NCBI GenBank assembly: GCA_049969675.1
Contig: JBMFOP010000031.1
Location: 1 to 31,752 of the forward strand
Origin: Myxococcota bacterium
GTDB taxonomy: Bacteria > Myxococcota > SpSt-1050
Direction: 5' to 3'
DNA: 31,752 bases
The notes under the pieces are model-generated. The model was not told where the DNA came from. It saw only the letters and a list, made by a program, of their open reading frames with translations, and did not search any database. The translations under genes were made by a program, and so were the position numbers. Positions within the stretch are counted from its first letter, which is position 1. The number at the start of each line of letters is the position of its first letter. Of this stretch, positions 26,808-31,752 are shown piece by piece.

Positions 26808-28139
26808 TTAGTGATTAAAAAATTGATAAAGTATCTCATATTGTTCATCAAAAGACTTTTTATAATTATCAGATATATCCGACAGCCCTCTTCTTACCAA
26901 ATTTATATCCTTACTATTAAATATGGATAAAAGTTTCTCTTTTATTAAAAATTCTTCATTACTTCTTGCTAATGGAAAAAGATTCCCATTCAGTTCTGCC
27001 AGATCTTTATTACTAATGAGATTATAATATCTTTTATAATCAAGGGTTTTTGGAGTCAATGTTAAAGGAAATGGCTGAGGAATTCCTCCCACCATTATAG
27101 GAATTAAATAACATCCTATAATTCCCTCAATGTCATCCTCTGGATAACCAAGCATAAATGTAAAATGAGATCTTCTAAAGTCAAAACCACCTTTATATAA
27201 CTTCAATACGCTGTTCAATATATCATTAAAGTTATACGGTTTTCTGAAGTACCGCATCATATTTTTACTTGCGCTTTCAAGAGGAATGGTTATGCTTTTA
27301 ACATTAGATGATATGAATAGATCAATCATCTCCTCATCCAATCTATTTGGTTGAATCCCCATCTCAAAACTTAATGATATATCTGGTAATCTGTTTTTTA
27401 TTTTATTGATGAATAATTTTAATATATCTGGCCTTAACATAACATTTGGATCCCAATTTTCAAAGTAAGTGATGTTAAAATCATTATATATAGTGTCTAT
27501 CTCATTTATCACTTTTTTCACATCATATACTTCTAGTGTTGATGATTTTTTATTACAACAAAAGGAACAGTTATAAATACACCCATCAATCAACTTGAAA
27601 ATTGCAAGTGGAGGTATTCTATTTAATGCTGAATAATCAGGTATATAGTATTTTGCCTTATTGAAATTTCCCCTGTATAGCCTTGCTCCCAGTTTTGAGG
27701 CATGCTCTGGAATCCATGTCGGATAAAAACCTCCAAGAATTATATCTGATTTTGTATAATTATTTTTAATGTATTTAAGGATATCCCATATAATAGGATA
27801 GTTATATGTCAAGCAAGAAGTAATAAAAAATTTCTCAATATTTTCCTTTATTACAGATAATCTTTTTTTCAAATAATCTATATCCATCCCCATTATTCGA
27901 ATCTCCTTTTCAAAACTTGTATTTCCACACCGAATGTATTTATATAGAGGGAGAGACTCAAACTCTACCTTTTGTTCAGGATTATATATATTCATATCAA
28001 TAAAATGACAGTTGCCTATAATTCTTCTATAAAATGAGAATATTTTAAGAAATCCGTATGGATAATGACTTGCCTGAGATTCCAATTGAAATCTGTCAGC
28101 AACCAGAGCCGGTGGATTTATAAAAACATATGTCTTCAT
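26808..28139 (-). CDS. Cobalamin-binding-type radical SAM protein
   Basis: B12-domain-like N-terminus (FINPP...PYGFLKI...ITS.LTY.YP...IILGGFYPT). CxxxCxxC motif GCIYNCSFC. PLES and FMLGYP. ATGA overlap with the upstream gene. Confidence 0.85.
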   Translation of the reverse strand: MKTYVFINPPALVADRFQLESQASHYPYGFLKIFSFYRRIIGNCHFIDMNIYNPEQKVEFESLPLYKYIRCGNTSFEKEIRIMGMDIDYLKKRLSVIKENIEKFFITSCLTYNYPIIWDILKYIKNNYTKSDIILGGFYPTWIPEHASKLGARLYRGNFNKAKYYIPDYSALNRIPPLAIFKLIDGCIYNCSFCCNKKSSTLEVYDVKKVINEIDTIYNDFNITYFENWDPNVMLRPDILKLFINKIKNRLPDISLSFEMGIQPNRLDEEMIDLFISSNVKSITIPLESASKNMMRYFRKPYNFNDILNSVLKLYKGGFDFRRSHFTFMLGYPEDDIEGIIGCYLIPIMVGGIPQPFPLTLTPKTLDYKRYYNLISNKDLAELNGNLFPLARSNEEFLIKEKLLSIFNSKDINLVRRGLSDISDNYKKSFDEQYEILYQFFNH

Positions 28140-29200
28140 ATTAGATAATACAATGTTATATGCTCTGCTTTATAAGAAACAGTCAAATAAGTCAGAATAA
28201 TACTATGTTCATCCATTATCTCTCCAAAAAACTTATTCATACCTATATTATTTTCAATAATATCTATATGTGCTGAATTATAGCAATACCTGCCATCATC
28301 TCTTACCAGCAGAGAATTATGTAGGACCCTTTTAAGAAAAAATTTATCTTTCAAACAGAGTTTATTCTCTAAATAATTTGATTTAATCTTATTTTTAAAC
28401 AAATAGTATCTCGGGCCATTTATCTTCCCTTCTAAAATCGTGAATCTGAGAAGGCTATTATCTTTTTTCCTAAAATATACCTTATAAATTAAATTGTGAT
28501 TATCATCCAATCCGACTCCAAAGATAAGATTATCTAAATTGACTACCCTATTTTTTATTAATAAAATTTCATCTATTACTTTTTTTGGAAGCAAATCTAC
28601 ATAAAAATTATATATAATATTATTGTATTCATCTCTAAATTTATTGTATATACCAACCACATATCTATAACATAAGATCCTTTCAGTATTGAGATTAAAT
28701 TTTATTGAAAACTCCAATGGGTATGATTGATATTCCTTAACACGTTCTACATAATCAAGTACCCTTCTATCAAAGAGAATGGACATTTCATCTCTTACAT
28801 TATCTATATTTCTCAACTTTTTTATATGCCTGTTATAGATGCTTATATCTAATAATCTCCTTTCAATAGCCTCAATTTTATTGTTTCTGACAAATGGACC
28901 AGGGCAGACATTATACAATATACATTTTGTACACACAGGCAGGTGAATTGTTTTATAATCCCCTGTTATTTTTACTTTTGATGAAATTGTATGGTCATAA
29001 TATAATAACTCTCTTATTTTAGTAAAAAAGCACGGACTGATATTTTTAAATTCTATAACTTTTACATCATCTCTCCTTATTTTTTCTCCCAATCTGTCTA
29101 TCTCTCCACACAATTGATTGAATTTTAATTCACTAATTTTATCAATGCTCAACAATATTCTTTTATTATCGTTAAAAATAATTTGAATAATAATATTCAT
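28136..29200 (-). CDS. Hypothetical protein: N-terminal Cys module (SPC...CxxC-x5-CPG) + possible ABBA prenyltransferase-like C-terminal domain
   Basis: 354-aa ORF with ATGA overlaps on both sides. CTKCILYNVCPG. C-terminal blocks LEFSIKF...RY, FGVGLD...KVYFR and EHITLYY. The ORF is well supported; the function is tentative. Confidence 0.6.
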   Translation of the reverse strand: MNIIIQIIFNDNKRILLSIDKISELKFNQLCGEIDRLGEKIRRDDVKVIEFKNISPCFFTKIRELLYYDHTISSKVKITGDYKTIHLPVCTKCILYNVCPGPFVRNNKIEAIERRLLDISIYNRHIKKLRNIDNVRDEMSILFDRRVLDYVERVKEYQSYPLEFSIKFNLNTERILCYRYVVGIYNKFRDEYNNIIYNFYVDLLPKKVIDEILLIKNRVVNLDNLIFGVGLDDNHNLIYKVYFRKKDNSLLRFTILEGKINGPRYYLFKNKIKSNYLENKLCLKDKFFLKRVLHNSLLVRDDGRYCYNSAHIDIIENNIGMNKFFGEIMDEHSIILTYLTVSYKAEHITLYYLI

Positions 29201-30105
29201 TTGATTATGTTAATTTGGTTAAATTCACCATCCCCATATAAGTCTAAATAATTTTTTGAAACACCGATACATAAATTTATAAATTTACATCTTTTACAAA
29301 CACCAAATCTCGTTAAATTCATAAACCTCTCATTGTCCAGCCTGAATGTCTCCATTGGAGTTACAACCACGCAATCCTCATCAAAAGGATTCCAATAATA
29401 ACTACTATATCTTACACCTAATAAACAAAAAGGGAAATACATAAGTTTTATCCTCAGATTCTTTTTATGCTTATCTATCAAGTCTCTCAATATTGGGATA
29501 ACTTCACTATATCTATATGATAAGTACTTTATATTATCCAGAGCCCTTCCACTTATCCAAAGTGCCCAATAATTAACACTGGCAATATGTTTAGATATAA
29601 TATAATTGGTGATTTCATTTAATTGGGAGATGATATTATTTGTAACGACGATATCTACTATCAGTTCTAACTTTTTCTTTAATATGTTATCTATAGCAAT
29701 GTTGACATATTGAAACGATTTATCTACATTAGTAATAGAGCGATATTCATTATCATTTACTGACCTTAATGAGAGTCTTACTTTATTTAATCCACCCTTC
29801 ACAAGACGGTCTAAAAAATCTTCATAAAAAAGCAGATAGCCATTTGTTTGTAATGAAATTTTCTTTATGTGATGCCTTTTCGCTATTTCAATCAATTGTA
29901 TTATATCTTTTCTTATTGTTGGTTCTCCACCACCAAATCGGATCTCTGTGGGACTATATACATTGAGTGCCTCGTCCAGCAATTTAGATGCTTTGTTTGA
30001 GTTTAAATTGATTTTCCTAATTTTTTCGTCAATAGAGCAATATATACATCCAGAATTACAAGAATATCCAGGGATAAAATCTAATAATTTAATCTTTTTT
30101 GCCAT
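29197..30105 (-). CDS. Radical SAM protein, HxsC-like, with C-terminal Cys module
   Basis: YSCNSGCIYC, GGGEPT, LQTNG, FPFCLL and CKRCKFINLCIG...YLDLYGDGEF. ATG 30105 (MAKKIK) overlaps the upstream gene by 17 nt and is preferred to the track start at 30141. Confidence 0.88.
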   Translation of the reverse strand: MAKKIKLLDFIPGYSCNSGCIYCSIDEKIRKINLNSNKASKLLDEALNVYSPTEIRFGGGEPTIRKDIIQLIEIAKRHHIKKISLQTNGYLLFYEDFLDRLVKGGLNKVRLSLRSVNDNEYRSITNVDKSFQYVNIAIDNILKKKLELIVDIVVTNNIISQLNEITNYIISKHIASVNYWALWISGRALDNIKYLSYRYSEVIPILRDLIDKHKKNLRIKLMYFPFCLLGVRYSSYYWNPFDEDCVVVTPMETFRLDNERFMNLTRFGVCKRCKFINLCIGVSKNYLDLYGDGEFNQINIIK

Positions 30106-31752
30106 ATATCCAGTGCCCCTTACAAAATATCTCAAATTCACAATTATAACAATCTCTTCTATATATTCTACGCTTGGATAGATATTCTGATAAATTTACA
30201 ATCTGACCATTGGTAAATAACATATATCGCTCACTCTTATAGTAATCTGAATACATATACTTTGCAAGTTCTGGGGCTATACAAAATTCAAAATTTATTA
30301 GATTTACCTGAATATTATTATGTTCACAGTAATCTATTGTTTTGATCAAATGTCTTTTCAACTTTTCCTTAGGTGGAATAAGGGCTGAATTTACAACTCC
30401 AAAAGGGGTATAATATTGGATATTATATGTCTTTACTCCCAGTGTACATAGAAGCTGAGATATATATAGTATGTCAGTATAGTTATAAGATGTTATAGTT
30501 GTATTGATCCCAATTTTATTATGGTCAAACATATTGACTACATTTTTGATGCCTGTAATTGTTTGTATAAAACTCAATTTAGTTGAAGTCAAAAATTCCT
30601 GTTTTCTCTTATTACTGCTATGTAAAGAAATCAAAATAAATAAATTTTTAAATTTTTTCAATGATTCCACGACCTCTCTGTAATAAAACATCTTACCATT
30701 TGTGGTTATAGTAATCCTTTTGTAGCCTAACAGGGTAGCAAAATTAATTAATTTCTTCAAATGAGGGTATAATAAGGGTTCTCCTCCATCTATGTCCAAT
30801 AGTTCATATCCCTTTTTCCTATAATCATTAATAATCTTAATCTGGTAATTAATGTCACCATCAACCCTTTCTCTATCACCAACAGAGCAAAATATACATT
30901 TATTATTACACTTATAACTTACATTAATTATTAACTTTCTCTCCACATCTTTATTTTGAATTATCTTTATATATTCAAATAGGGGTTGATAATATTGTAT
31001 GTTTATCGGTTTTCTGAAAAGTTCATCTATATTGTGTCTTTGATGGACATAAGCGCACATCCTACTTTTTGGTACATATTTTTGAAAATGAACTTTTACT
31101 CCATAATTTTTTATCCATTCGCCAATTTCCTTAAATGATTTTATTACATCCCTTTTCCTCTCTCCTGGTATTCCATACATACAATGTAGTTTTACTGACA
31201 CTCCATATTCATATAATAATTGCAGTTTTTCTCTAATTAAAGAGACGGTGAAGGCTTTATTTAACAATCTCAAAATCTTATCATTCCCTGCTTCTGGTGA
31301 AAGATAGATAACATCTGTACATTCTTTTAATTTTTTTACTATATCTCTATTTAAATGCATTAGCCCGATACCGTTTGCAAAATGGAGCCTTAAATTTAAC
31401 CCTATTACAATATCAAGAAATGTTGAAAAATACTCCATATCTAAGTTAGGGTATTGGTCAATAATAATTATTTCTTCTACACCATGTTTTTTCAAAAACA
31501 TCAGGTCATCTCTAATATTATTTACTCCTATAATCCTGTATTTCTCCTTTTTACCAGAACAGAAAACACAATGAAAATTACAGCCGCTACTAATTTTATA
31601 TGGAAATATATTCTTTACATCATTTATATCTTTTATCAAGTCAATCTCAATAGCCTTTCTCAGATATCTGGTAACAAGTTTAATATTGATATCTTTAATA
31701 AAAGGTAATCCCTCATACACCTCATTCATACTCTTATTTAAAAATGGAGTTA
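30089..31752 (-). CDS. Double radical SAM domain protein (B12-class-like rSAM + HxsC-like rSAM), 5'-truncated by the window edge
   Basis: First motif GCNFHCVFC with IID...FANG...SPEAG...MYGIPGE. Second motif KCNNKCIFC with DGGEPL and ITTNG. C-terminal FEFC...CYNCEFEIFCKG. The frame stays open from ATG 31729 to the edge (...TPFLNKS-M). Confidence 0.88.
   Translation of the reverse strand, partial: TPFLNKSMNEVYEGLPFIKDINIKLVTRYLRKAIEIDLIKDINDVKNIFPYKISSGCNFHCVFCSGKKEKYRIIGVNNIRDDLMFLKKHGVEEIIIIDQYPNLDMEYFSTFLDIVIGLNLRLHFANGIGLMHLNRDIVKKLKECTDVIYLSPEAGNDKILRLLNKAFTVSLIREKLQLLYEYGVSVKLHCMYGIPGERKRDVIKSFKEIGEWIKNYGVKVHFQKYVPKSRMCAYVHQRHNIDELFRKPINIQYYQPLFEYIKIIQNKDVERKLIINVSYKCNNKCIFCSVGDRERVDGDINYQIKIINDYRKKGYELLDIDGGEPLLYPHLKKLINFATLLGYKRITITTNGKMFYYREVVESLKKFKNLFILISLHSSNKRKQEFLTSTKLSFIQTITGIKNVVNMFDHNKIGINTTITSYNYTDILYISQLLCTLGVKTYNIQYYTPFGVVNSALIPPKEKLKRHLIKTIDYCEHNNIQVNLINFEFCIAPELAKYMYSDYYKSERYMLFTNGQIVNLSEYLSKRRIYRRDCYNCEFEIFCKGHWIYGKKD

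Larger units (their letters stand above)
25850..31752. other. Low-GC, probably horizontally acquired gene block
   Basis: Hand G+C counts on 60-nt lines were 12/60 (26401), 17/60 (28501) and 10/60 (30601), against 32/60 (5401), 30/60 (12601) and 26/60 (21001) in the backbone. These are spot samples only. The proteins are rich in I, K, N and Y. No integrase is seen. Confidence 0.7.

Noticed and set aside
1001..31708. The many 60-142 aa ORFs overlapping long genes (e.g. 2310-2618, 6429-6857, 23502-23807, 29948-30181)
   Set aside because: They are antisense or off-frame shadows of well-supported genes and have no recognisable motifs. None is a credible precursor peptide.
1..31752. CRISPR array, cas genes, integrase or transposase
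   Set aside because: No regularly spaced repeats were seen, and no ORF has recombinase, transposase or Cas motifs.

Overview
A 31.7-kb piece of an AT-rich bacterial chromosome. Several genes look Myxococcota/deltaproteobacterial (inferred): a TIGR02266-like PilZ protein, a giant TPR protein and a GGCGC C-terminal tail. The backbone (1-25.8 kb) encodes a cNMP-domain/acetate kinase/PduL triple fusion, a thioester-type alpha-2-macroglobulin, tRNA-Ala(CGC), two lipoproteins, a DUF4126 protein, gltX, an M4/M36-like metalloprotease, greA, tRNA-Arg(ACG), a TPR-PilZ-lipoprotein-DUF1571 operon, a 920-bp intergenic region with a long inverted repeat and a REP-like palindrome, and a further lipoprotein. 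From about 25.85 kb to the window edge lies a markedly more AT-rich block. It holds a translationally coupled operon of a double radical SAM protein (cut off by the edge), an HxsC-like radical SAM protein, an unannotated protein whose C-terminus resembles cyanobactin-type (LynF/PagF) ABBA prenyltransferases, and a B12-type radical SAM protein, plus a convergent SAM methyltransferase. Four of these five proteins share a CxxC-x5-C motif. This block is the best candidate for an undescribed biosynthetic or modification system; no precursor peptide is visible in the window. All family calls come from motif recognition by eye, not from database searches.
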